Virus record (IMG/VR): IMGVR_UViG_3300044294_000233
Reading direction: 5' to 3' (one strand)
Length of the DNA stretch: 17,867 nt
From: a virus
Taxonomy: Duplodnaviria; Heunggongvirae; Uroviricota; Caudoviricetes
The notes beneath the pieces are model-generated. The model was not told the origin of the DNA. It was given only the letters and a program-made list of their open reading frames with translations, and did not search any database. A program made the translations under genes and the position numbers. Positions 1 to 7,293 of the stretch are shown here, one piece after another (positions within the stretch are counted from its first letter, which is position 1; each line of letters opens with the position of its first letter).

Positions 1-611
1 TCGCCTCGCTCTCGATCAACGTGAGTGGTTCGACGGCGAGCGCCACCAAAGCCTACGAAATTGTCAACGCACTGAACGCCAACGCGGTGTTCGCGGCCCT
101 TTTCACCGCCAGCGTTTCCAGAGTGGATGGCCTGAACACCGTTCTGATCAGGAGCAGCCGGGACAAGACGGCTATCCGCGCCTACATCAGCAACACGTCG
201 GCCGAAAATGCTCTGCGGTTCAACAAGAAGGCGGCAGTTGTTGAACTGCCCTCTTACTTCGAGCGGTTCGCCATTTCACAAGCTGCTACCTACCCGGAAC
301 TGCCGGTCGGCATTTTGCTGAAGTTGAACTTGGCCGACGCCAATGATCAGGCCGTGATTACGCTCGCGGGAATGGATTACACCTCGCCGAAAGCCGACTG
401 GCAACTCTTGGCGGGCAGTAACGATGCGTTCCACTTCACAAAGAACAGTTACACCGGCACGAACCTGATGACTTCGATTTACTACCCGGCCGGCGCGAGG
501 GTGGGGGACTTGGCGAAGAAAACGACCTACACCTACGACGGCAGCAATAACAGGCTCACTGCCGCAGAAGTGCCATACATTCTGACTTCGGGCGATTTGA
601 TTACGCCTTGA
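1..611 (+). CDS. Hypothetical protein, 5'-truncated by window edge (possible virion structural protein)
   Basis: Open frame (frame 3) with no stop from nt 3 through to TGA at 609-611. The track ORF starts at GTG 21, but there is no RBS there and the frame is open upstream, so the gene probably begins outside the window. GC3-rich codon usage like neighbouring genes. No recognisable motif. Confidence 0.5.
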   Translation, partial: ASLSINVSGSTASATKAYEIVNALNANAVFAALFTASVSRVDGLNTVLIRSSRDKTAIRAYISNTSAENALRFNKKAAVVELPSYFERFAISQAATYPELPVGILLKLNLADANDQAVITLAGMDYTSPKADWQLLAGSNDAFHFTKNSYTGTNLMTSIYYPAGARVGDLAKKTTYTYDGSNNRLTAAEVPYILTSGDLITP

Positions 612-921
612 TCGGTCTGACCTGACTGCCGAGGACGTTGAACTTGGAGCCGCGAAGCTCCTCGGCGACAGCGTCCTCAGCAACTTTTTTGGCGTCGGCC
701 ATATTGTCCGCTTCGACTTCTTTCGTTTTGAACTCGGCTCCGAGTCCACGGTCGTAGCGAACCACCACCTCGAACTTGCAGATATTCTTTTCCGGTAACT
801 TGGTTCCGCACCACGGGCAGTAGATGATGCCGGGGTGGTTGTCGCCGAAATCCCACGCTCCCGGCCCGCCACAGATGTGGGTCACGCCGGTTTCACAACA
901 GAGTTTTACTTTAGTCCCCAT
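601..921 (-). CDS. Small Zn-ribbon-like protein (CC..C..H..CPWC), 106 aa
   Basis: ORF with Cys pairs (LCCETGVTHICGG ... YCPWCGT) typical of a zinc ribbon. Its start overlaps the stop of the upstream minus-strand gene by 16 nt (operon-style). The 11-nt convergent overlap with gene 1..611 is observed. Confidence 0.5.
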   Translation of the reverse strand: MGTKVKLCCETGVTHICGGPGAWDFGDNHPGIIYCPWCGTKLPEKNICKFEVVVRYDRGLGAEFKTKEVEADNMADAKKVAEDAVAEELRGSKFNVLGSQVRPIKA

Positions 922-1448
922 TTTCGTTTCATCTCTTCGAGGAATTGTTCCTTCATCCTTTGGCCGATGGCAACATCGCGTTGGTCGGCGAGGTTGATGT
1001 ATTCGTATTCTTTCTTGCGGGCAACCACTGCCAGTTTTTCGATTTCCATTTCCCAGTCGCCTGGGGCGAACGCCCCAAGTTCACCACTCATCTCATGGTA
1101 CACGATCTCGCCCTTCCACCGCACCCAAATTTCCGGGCCGTCAAACTTGATCTCCAGATGAAGCCCCCGACTGTAGCCGTTAAAGAGGTAGGCGTTCGCG
1201 GCCATGCCCGCATCGGCCGTGGGGATTTCGCCCTCTTCGAGTTCGTCTTCTTCGAGGAAGTTCTGTTCGAGGCCCATCATGTTCTCGAATTCATGGAACA
1301 TGGCACGCCTGCCGCCGCCGTGTCGCCCGTAAACCTTGTCTCCCAACATCCGCGCGACGCACGCGAGCTTGCCCTCGCCGCTCATAAGACCCTTGCGTAC
1401 CGCCTCGACGGTGCGTTGCTCGCGGATGATGTCTTCTTTTGATCGCAT
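906..1448 (-). CDS. Hypothetical protein, 180 aa
   Basis: Long minus-strand ORF with ATG at 1446-1448 and GC3-rich codons. Diverges from gene 1476 across a 27-bp intergenic region. No recognisable domain. Confidence 0.5.
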   Translation of the reverse strand: MRSKEDIIREQRTVEAVRKGLMSGEGKLACVARMLGDKVYGRHGGGRRAMFHEFENMMGLEQNFLEEDELEEGEIPTADAGMAANAYLFNGYSRGLHLEIKFDGPEIWVRWKGEIVYHEMSGELGAFAPGDWEMEIEKLAVVARKKEYEYINLADQRDVAIGQRMKEQFLEEMKRKWGLK

Positions 1449-1456
1449 GATGCGAC

Positions 1457-1490
1457 TATATACCTCGGAGGCACAATGGAAACCAAGAAA
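1457..1490 (+). promoter_or_regulatory. Shared 5' module copy 1: TATATAC, 12 nt including GGAGG, then ATGGAAACCAAGAAA
   Basis: A -10-like TATATA sits 13 nt upstream of the ATG. The 15-nt start of the coding sequence is identical to copy 2 at 4460-4474. Confidence 0.35.
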
Positions 1491-3137
1491 AACCTAGCAG
1501 TGACGCAGACACAGCAGAACAGACGCCCGTATGGTCCGTCTCGCCCGCCAACCCCTACCCCTTCAGAGAGCGTGATCCGCCGTGACGGTGAGATCCGTTT
1601 CTTCATGGACGAGGAGTCAAACACCCCCTTCATCCAAAACGTTCAGGTTCCGACCGAGAACCCGGACCCGCCGTTTTCCGTTCAGAACTACAAGGGTTAT
1701 TCCCCCGATCCGAACTCACCACAGGCGCTCGCGGCCAACTGCATGGCTACGCTCTGCTCGGCCCAAAGGATGTTGAAGAAGTACCTCGGCACGCTCCCGA
1801 AGTGGGCGGCGGTCAAAGTTCTTCGCGTTTACCCGAACGCCGGGAACCAGTTGAACGCCTTCTACAATCGCGAGTCGTTGCAGTTCTTCACGGGCCGGAA
1901 CCCTGTGAACGGGCAGGTGGTCCACACCTGTTTGTCGAACGACGTGGTCACCCACGAATTCTTTCACTCGGTACTTGACTCTTTGAAGCCCGTGCTGTTC
2001 AATACTCCATTCATTGAACAGGGTGCGTTTCACGAAGCGTTCGCCGACTGCGGCTCGATCCTGCATGCGATGTCGATTGACCCGGTTTTGACCTATACTG
2101 CACAGCAGATGGACGCGGCCCAAAGCAGTACCATTGCGTCGTCCGTAGCACCGGATCTGGGCTATGCGATCAACGGGGTGATCGGCGGGCTGCGTGACGC
2201 TTCGGTTCCGTACTACTACATCGATCCGGCCACACTGCCGAGATCTGCGCCGAAGAACCAGTTGTCCAGCGAGGTCCACAGTTTCAGCCGCGTGTTCAGC
2301 AGTGCGTTTTACGCTGCGATCATGGCCGTTTACGCCAAAGTGAAGGCACCGGGCGGTATCGGCACACGCGAAGCACTGATCATCGCACGCGACGAAATGG
2401 CTACGGTTTTGTTCCGTGCGGTACAAAACGCCCCGCTGACTCCGAGGTACATGGCTTCAATTGCGAGTACCATGTTGACAGAACTCGCTACCGGGCCTTA
2501 CGCAACTGAAGTTGCGAGCGTTTTTGCGACGTGGGGGTTGACCACGGTTCGTGCGGCCTCGACCGAAAGCGTCGAGGTTTTGCCGACCGACAAGGCTGTG
2601 AAGATCGGCGATCAGGATTTCTTGATTCGCGAAAAAAGCACTCAGATGGTACTGGCGGATACAATGATTGTCGGTCAGTCTGACAATCCGCTGTACTTCT
2701 GTAAGGTTGATGTCCCGCACGAGCAACTTTTGGTCGCTCAGGGCTTCGGCATGGCGGGGTTCGTAGACGGCGCAGAAGACGAGGAAATTCTCGATGAAGT
2801 TAAACTTGGTCTTGACTATATTTGGGAGTCGGACCTAGTAACCCTTCACGGGGAGCCGGTCAAGGACCACCACGTTTTCAAGGTTGATGAATCAGGCTCG
2901 CTGCTGAGGACCAGCTATAATTCCGACGACGGCTACTTCAACAACGCCACCTTGCCCGGTGCGCCAGAGTTTGGTAAGCCGTGGAAACCAGAAAACAATT
3001 CGGGGTGTTGCTCCGGTTGTAAGAAGAAAGTAGACCCTCCAGTTCGTCCACCGAAACTGGGGTGCTACGTCAACGAACGAGTGTGCGGCTCTCGTACTGT
3101 GCGAAGCTGCCAAGTCGTCCGTCAAAAGGTGTGTTAA
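1476..3137 (+). CDS. M4 thermolysin-family-like zinc metallopeptidase with Pro-rich N-terminus and Cys-rich C-terminal tail, 553 aa
   Basis: RBS GGAGG 4 nt before the ATG. Motifs NAFYNRESLQFFTG, VVTHEFFHSV (HExxH) and EQGAFHEAFADCGS (third-ligand Glu, ExxxD), with EVHSF downstream, parallel thermolysin NAFWNG / VVAHELTH / NEAISD / GGVHIN. No signal peptide visible. C-terminal tail is CCSGCKKK...C...C...C...C. Confidence 0.65.
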   Translation: METKKNLAVTQTQQNRRPYGPSRPPTPTPSESVIRRDGEIRFFMDEESNTPFIQNVQVPTENPDPPFSVQNYKGYSPDPNSPQALAANCMATLCSAQRMLKKYLGTLPKWAAVKVLRVYPNAGNQLNAFYNRESLQFFTGRNPVNGQVVHTCLSNDVVTHEFFHSVLDSLKPVLFNTPFIEQGAFHEAFADCGSILHAMSIDPVLTYTAQQMDAAQSSTIASSVAPDLGYAINGVIGGLRDASVPYYYIDPATLPRSAPKNQLSSEVHSFSRVFSSAFYAAIMAVYAKVKAPGGIGTREALIIARDEMATVLFRAVQNAPLTPRYMASIASTMLTELATGPYATEVASVFATWGLTTVRAASTESVEVLPTDKAVKIGDQDFLIREKSTQMVLADTMIVGQSDNPLYFCKVDVPHEQLLVAQGFGMAGFVDGAEDEEILDEVKLGLDYIWESDLVTLHGEPVKDHHVFKVDESGSLLRTSYNSDDGYFNNATLPGAPEFGKPWKPENNSGCCSGCKKKVDPPVRPPKLGCYVNERVCGSRTVRSCQVVRQKVC

Positions 3138-3157
3138 CCAACCCAGAGAGGGCTATC

Positions 3158-3496
3158 ATGGCAGCTTTCCCAGAAGACGATTACAAGAACCGGAACGCGA
3201 TGTCGTCCGGCGTTCCCGGCGGATTCGGCGGGGGCGTCGATGACGATGATGACTTCGACGGCGACCTAGACGACGATGACGACGACTGGGACGACGACGA
3301 TGATCTCGATGACGATGACGATGACGATGACGACTTCGATGACGAAGACGACGATGACGACTGGGATGATGACGACGACTTCGATGACGAAGACGATGAC
3401 GACCTAGACGACGATGACGACTGGGATGATGACGATGACGATGACGACGACGACGACTTCGATGACGATGACGACGACGATGACGTGAACTTCTGA
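3158..3496 (+). CDS. Extreme poly-aspartate acidic protein (about 80% Asp, aromatic/Leu residue every 6-10 residues), 112 aa
   Basis: ATG 3158 is in frame with track ORF 3062..3496 and is preceded by GAGAGGG 5 nt upstream. Sequence is MAAFPEDDYKNRNAMSSGVPGGFGGGV followed by about 85 aa of D with spaced F/W/L. It lies 20 nt after the peptidase stop on the same strand, and the next gene starts 8 nt after its own stop. Confidence 0.5.
   Translation: MAAFPEDDYKNRNAMSSGVPGGFGGGVDDDDDFDGDLDDDDDDWDDDDDLDDDDDDDDDFDDEDDDDDWDDDDDFDDEDDDDLDDDDDWDDDDDDDDDDDFDDDDDDDDVNF
3230..3490. repeat. Low-complexity GAY-codon (GAC/GAT) tract encoding poly-Asp
   Basis: Near-continuous gacgatgacgac... with interspersed tgg/ttc/cta codons. 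Slippage-prone. Confidence 0.8.
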
Positions 3497-3504
3497 GAGG
3501 CGCA

Positions 3505-4137
3505 ATGATCGCGGCTTTGGAGTTCTACATTCGCAGTACAGATCTTCGTAACAACCTTCCGGTCCCTTGCTCTTTCTGCCTGGAAAGCGAGCGTGGCGAC
3601 CGGAAGGTTGTTACTTTGAACGACGCTTATCGCCACCCCGATCAGATCGCGGTCAGGCAATGGAATCTCACCGAGTGCGAAGACAATCAATCGCTCCCAA
3701 CTATTCAGGAACGGATCATTCCACGCGGCGAGGTTTTTATCAGTGATGCGGTGATCATTCCCAACCACCGGCTTCTCAATTTGGTCAACGGTATCGGCAT
3801 ACCGAGCGGCCTCAATTTCCGAAACAAGCCCATGCCGGCCGATCAGTACACTCGGTTCTACGACAAGCTTCTGTCGATGGAATCTCAACTCTTCATCAAA
3901 GAGACGTGGGTCTGGCGAGAGTTCATCAGGGTTTATTTGCCTTTGATGTACACTCTGATTTACAGCGAGCGGGACGAGTTCGACCGGCTCAGAGAAATCA
4001 TGTCGATGATCCCGACCAACCAGCCGGAATTGTGGCATAAGTGGTTGAGGTGGAAGAAGTACATGCTCGATATGCCGGGCGTTCCGGGCGAAATCCTCTT
4101 CTACAAAGAATACGGGTCCGTCTTCCGCTTCGTGTGA
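3505..4137 (+). CDS. Hypothetical Trp-rich protein, 210 aa
   Basis: RBS GAGAGG 5 nt upstream of the ATG. GC3-biased codon usage like other plus-strand genes. The overlapping minus-strand ORF 3181..4152 looks like an antisense artefact. Confidence 0.55.
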   Translation: MIAALEFYIRSTDLRNNLPVPCSFCLESERGDRKVVTLNDAYRHPDQIAVRQWNLTECEDNQSLPTIQERIIPRGEVFISDAVIIPNHRLLNLVNGIGIPSGLNFRNKPMPADQYTRFYDKLLSMESQLFIKETWVWREFIRVYLPLMYTLIYSERDEFDRLREIMSMIPTNQPELWHKWLRWKKYMLDMPGVPGEILFYKEYGSVFRFV

Positions 4138-4138
4138 C

Positions 4139-4408
4139 TCACGGGTTGACACCCAGTTCTTTGGCCCTATACATGTTCCGTTTTATTAGGTCGCGGTCGT
4201 CGTAGCTCGGTTGTGTGATCTCTCGCGGCGGCTTTTTGCGTTTCTTCTCTTTGCCGAACTGTTCTTCTTTGCCGGGTGGTCTGGCACCTTTGGTGTTGCC
4301 GGCAATGGGTGCGTTCGGTCCCAACATGATTTGGACCGGAGGCGCGGGTGCGGTTCCCCACGAATCGCCCGCCGTCTCTCTCATTTTGACGTACTCGGCG
4401 AAGGTCAT
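4139..4408 (-). CDS. Small basic Gly/Pro/Lys-rich protein, 89 aa (start chosen at internal ATG with RBS)
   Basis: Internal Met54 of track ORF 4139..4567 is preceded by CAGGAGAAACC (GGAG 6 nt upstream). The longer ORF would run into the start of divergent gene 4460. KEKKRKKPPRE basic patch. Confidence 0.45.
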   Translation of the reverse strand: MTFAEYVKMRETAGDSWGTAPAPPVQIMLGPNAPIAGNTKGARPPGKEEQFGKEKKRKKPPREITQPSYDDRDLIKRNMYRAKELGVNP

Positions 4409-4448
4409 TGGTTTCTCCTGAAATCTCCAAAACGTCATTCGTACTAAC

Positions 4449-4474
4449 TTATATACGGCATGGAAACCAAGAAA
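4449..4474 (+). promoter_or_regulatory. Shared 5' module copy 2: TTATATAC-GGC-ATGGAAACCAAGAAA
   Basis: TATATAC sits 4 nt upstream of the ATG with no SD. The 15-nt identity with 1476-1490 is observed directly. Confidence 0.35.
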
Positions 4475-4990
4475 CCCTGGCCCGGCATCATGACGATTCT
4501 TTCTCTCGAACAGGTCCGCGACGGCTGCGTGATCTACCGCGAGGAGAACGTACTCAACACACTCCACTTTCTGGGCGAGCAGTTCCTTTTGAACGCCCTG
4601 TTCCTGGGCGGCAACGCGCCGAACACATACATCCCCAACAACTACTACTTGGGGTTGGACAACAGGACGATTCTGGCAATTGGCGATACGATGGAGAGCT
4701 TGCAGAACGAGCCGTTCATCAACGGGTATTCACGTCAGCCGGTCAATTCTACGACCGGCTTCTCGATGACGGTTTCGGGCGGGGTGCATCAGGTGTCGAG
4801 TCAGATCGTGACCTTCTCGGCGGTCGGCGGGAGTTGGGGACCGTGCAGCAACATCTTCTTGTCAGATAAACCAAACACGACGGGCGTATTGATCAGCAGC
4901 GCGAAGCTGACGAATCCGGTAACGGTTCAGTCTGGGGACTCGGTGAACATGCGGATGGGCATGTCACTTCGGTACTGCCCCGCCAGTTGA
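4460..4990 (+). CDS. Hypothetical protein, 176 aa, begins METKK like gene 1476
   Basis: Good GC3 codon bias over the whole ORF. No SD; TATATAC lies only 4 nt upstream, so possibly a leaderless or short-leader mRNA. The first 15 nt are identical to the first 15 nt of gene 1476. Confidence 0.55.
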   Translation: METKKPWPGIMTILSLEQVRDGCVIYREENVLNTLHFLGEQFLLNALFLGGNAPNTYIPNNYYLGLDNRTILAIGDTMESLQNEPFINGYSRQPVNSTTGFSMTVSGGVHQVSSQIVTFSAVGGSWGPCSNIFLSDKPNTTGVLISSAKLTNPVTVQSGDSVNMRMGMSLRYCPAS

Positions 4991-5408
4991 CGGAGTCCCA
5001 GAAATACTCCCAGTCCCGAATCTCGACGTAGTGAAGCACCTTGCTCTTTTTGCCGTTGGGGGCTTCGACCACTTGGAGTTGTTTGAACTTGAGCCAGCCC
5101 ATCCCCTCTTTGTTTCCCAGTCTCTTGTAATCCGGCGTTTCCTCGTCGTCGGGCTTCGGTTGCGTCAGGTTGATCCTGTAGCCGCTCGGCGTAACGGCAA
5201 CCATCAGGGTCTTCGGTTCGTTGGTGACCGTGTACTGACAGAACACTTCTCGCGCCGGTGCCGATCCCTTGTTGTCATCGAACCACACCGGGATGCTGAT
5301 GCCGATAGCCGCAACTTGCTGGCGTTCCTCTACCAGAGTTTTTCGCTGCTCCGGGGTCAGATAGATGACGTGGTTGACGATCAACAGCTTTTCTTTCTGC
5401 TCGAACAT
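4893..5408 (-). CDS. Hypothetical protein, 171 aa, co-transcribed downstream of the nuclease (possible recombination partner)
   Basis: Strong RBS GGAGGA 6 nt upstream of ATG 5408. Stop of upstream gene is at 5412. Its 3' end overlaps convergent gene 4460..4990 by 98 nt. Confidence 0.6.
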   Translation of the reverse strand: MFEQKEKLLIVNHVIYLTPEQRKTLVEERQQVAAIGISIPVWFDDNKGSAPAREVFCQYTVTNEPKTLMVAVTPSGYRINLTQPKPDDEETPDYKRLGNKEGMGWLKFKQLQVVEAPNGKKSKVLHYVEIRDWEYFWDSVNWRGSTEVTCPSACSPSPQTEPLPDSSASRC

Positions 5409-5411
5409 CCC

Positions 5412-6215
5412 TTATCCTCCGAAGAACGGACAAATCGTGGCGTAATCGCACCGTTCGCAGTGGTAGCCCGGACTTCCCCAGACTTCGTCCGGTCGCATCG
5501 ACTGGATCTGCTTGAAAGAGGTTAGCAGTTCGGTCGCGGCCGAGTCAATGCTCTCTTGGGTGAAAGTGGCGTCAACCAGTTCGGCACCTTCAAGGTAAAA
5601 CAAGGCCGCTCGGATTTTCTCCGGGGCGATCCCGAAGGTGCGGTTCACGACCATCGCGTAGGTCCGCAACTGGAGGTCGTAGTTGACGTTCGCCTTCGTC
5701 TTCCGCCATTTGTTCTTCTTGCTGGTCTTGTAGTCGATGATGTACGCCCGTTCCTTGTCCTTCGTGAACACCAGCCGGTCGATGAAGCCCTTCACGCACC
5801 GCTTGTGCGGCGGGTCGAGGTCGAACAGGAACGGCCATTCGATTTCACCACTGAATCCGATCCTCTGGTGGAGCGATTCGATGGCACGCAGGTGTGAAAT
5901 CAGTTGCTCTTTGCTGTACTCGACCGGCAGTTTGGGCGGCACCTTCTGGTCGTCTTCGAGGAGCAGTTTTCCCGCGAAAACTTCGCCGGCACAGTGTAGA
6001 ATGGGGGTCTTGCCCTTGCGTCGGACATACTCCTCGGCGGCGCGGTGGACGATCTTGCCGTAGATGAAGTAGCACGCTTCGGGCTTGTCAGATACCACCT
6101 TGAGGTGATACTTATACTTGTACTGCTGGTTGCAGAGATCCCAAACCCCGTAGCGGCTCACCGACATGTGTTCGATGGTCAGGAATTCGGATTTCGGTGC
6201 GTCTTCGGGATTCAT
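5412..6215 (-). CDS. PD-(D/E)xK nuclease, Cas4/RecB-family-like exonuclease with C-terminal Cys cluster
   Basis: Motifs FDLD ... IIDYKTSK (D, then D/ExK), QLRTYAMV (QxxxY) and a C-terminal HCERCDYATICPF Cys cluster as in Cas4/AddB-type nucleases. Start set at ATG 6213-6215, which has GGAGG 5 nt upstream; the track start 6227 is a TTG. Confidence 0.75.
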   Translation of the reverse strand: MNPEDAPKSEFLTIEHMSVSRYGVWDLCNQQYKYKYHLKVVSDKPEACYFIYGKIVHRAAEEYVRRKGKTPILHCAGEVFAGKLLLEDDQKVPPKLPVEYSKEQLISHLRAIESLHQRIGFSGEIEWPFLFDLDPPHKRCVKGFIDRLVFTKDKERAYIIDYKTSKKNKWRKTKANVNYDLQLRTYAMVVNRTFGIAPEKIRAALFYLEGAELVDATFTQESIDSAATELLTSFKQIQSMRPDEVWGSPGYHCERCDYATICPFFGG

Positions 6216-6232
6216 GAGTACCTCCAACCAGC

Positions 6233-6260
6233 ATTATACCCTTTGATTCGGATTAGTCAT
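6233..6260 (-). promoter_or_regulatory. Sigma70-like promoter (-10 TATAAT, -35 ATGACT, 16-bp spacer) for the nuclease operon, overlapping the divergent primase start codon
   Basis: Minus strand reads ATGACT-N16-TATAAT, then 17 nt to ATG 6215 containing GGAGG. The perfect -10 hexamer is the reverse complement of 6233-6238. Confidence 0.4.
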
Positions 6261-7293
6261 GGCAATTGATTTCGGTCGATTCAAACACTGGGTGCAGGAC
6301 CGTTTCCCCGACGCCATTGTCAAGGGGAAAGAGATCCGCATCAACTCCATTTTCGAGTCCGACCACAACTACCACCTCTGGTGCAGTCCGTCTGGCGGTA
6401 AAAAGAAACGCGCGAACGGCGTGTTCCACTGCTTCAAGACGGACAACAAAGGGTCGCTCGTCAAGCTCGTCATGTTGGTTGACAAGATCCCCTACGACGA
6501 AGCCTCGGCCATTTTGAAGGGGGAAGCCAACCTCGGCGAACTCGAACGTCAGGTCGAAGAACTGATGGAAGCGGCCGACCGGCCGTTCATCGAGAACAAA
6601 CCCAAAGTTCGCATCTCCCTGCCGGACGAGTGCTACGCCATCGACGGGTTGCGCGGCTGGTGGGGCGACAAGGCCCGTGAGTACCTCGCCGAACGCAAGA
6701 TCCCGCACGACGGGCTTTACATCTGCACCGGCGGCAAGTACAAGGCACGGATCATCCTACCGTATTACGACCGGGATGGCGATCTCTGTTATTTCAACGG
6801 TCGTCACATCGGCAAATCCAAGTTGAAGTATCTCGGCCCGGAGAAAGAGATCGGCGTCGGCAAGGAAGACGTGGTCTTCATGCCGGGAGGCGTTTGGCCC
6901 GCTCTTGGCTCGACCGTTCACCTCTGCGAAGGCGAGTTCAACAGCAAGAGCCTGTCGCTGTGCGGTTTCAACGGGGCGGCGGCGGGCGGCAAAAACCTGA
7001 GCGAGAAGCAGGCCGTTCTGCTCAAGGACTACAAGCTTGTCATCTGTCTGGACCGCGACAAGGCGGGCGAAAAGGGTTCGATGGCAATGGCTCAGAAGAT
7101 CATGAGCATCAGTCTGCGGTTCGGCAAAGACAAGTTGAGACTGGTTCAACCGCCGGAAGGGTACAACGACTGGAACGACATGTTGAAGAAATTCGGCACG
7201 AAGATTCTCTATGAGTATGTCCTTCGCGCCGAAACCACACTCGACAGTGAGTCGCCGTTCGGCGCGGCTGCTTACTCAGCTAGGTTGAAATGA
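6259..7293 (+). CDS. DnaG-type DNA primase (N-terminal Zn-binding region plus TOPRIM domain), 344 aa
   Basis: HNYHLWCSPSGG...HCFKTD Cys/His zinc-ribbon-like region. TOPRIM signatures VHLCEGEFNSKSL (catalytic Glu) and LVICLDRDKAGEKG (DxD). No helicase domain. Confidence 0.75.
   Translation: MAIDFGRFKHWVQDRFPDAIVKGKEIRINSIFESDHNYHLWCSPSGGKKKRANGVFHCFKTDNKGSLVKLVMLVDKIPYDEASAILKGEANLGELERQVEELMEAADRPFIENKPKVRISLPDECYAIDGLRGWWGDKAREYLAERKIPHDGLYICTGGKYKARIILPYYDRDGDLCYFNGRHIGKSKLKYLGPEKEIGVGKEDVVFMPGGVWPALGSTVHLCEGEFNSKSLSLCGFNGAAAGGKNLSEKQAVLLKDYKLVICLDRDKAGEKGSMAMAQKIMSISLRFGKDKLRLVQPPEGYNDWNDMLKKFGTKILYEYVLRAETTLDSESPFGAAAYSARLK

Noticed and set aside
1457-1463. TATATAC as an archaeal TATA box (archaeal virus hypothesis)
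   Set aside because: The element lies 4-13 nt from the start codons rather than about 26 nt upstream of a transcription start. Genes carry bacterial GGAGG SD sequences. The proteome is Lys-rich rather than halophile-like.
1716-2426. 236-aa minus-strand ORF inside the metallopeptidase gene
   Set aside because: It is antisense to a gene with clear M4 motifs. It has an Arg/Cys-rich composition typical of spurious high-GC antisense frames and no start context.
3181-4152. 323-aa minus-strand ORF with a long poly-Ser run, overlapping the poly-Asp gene and gene 3505..4137
   Set aside because: The poly-Ser is just the antisense reading of the GAY-codon tract. The remainder is antisense to a plus-strand ORF that has an RBS and host-like GC3 codon bias. 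It has no RBS of its own.
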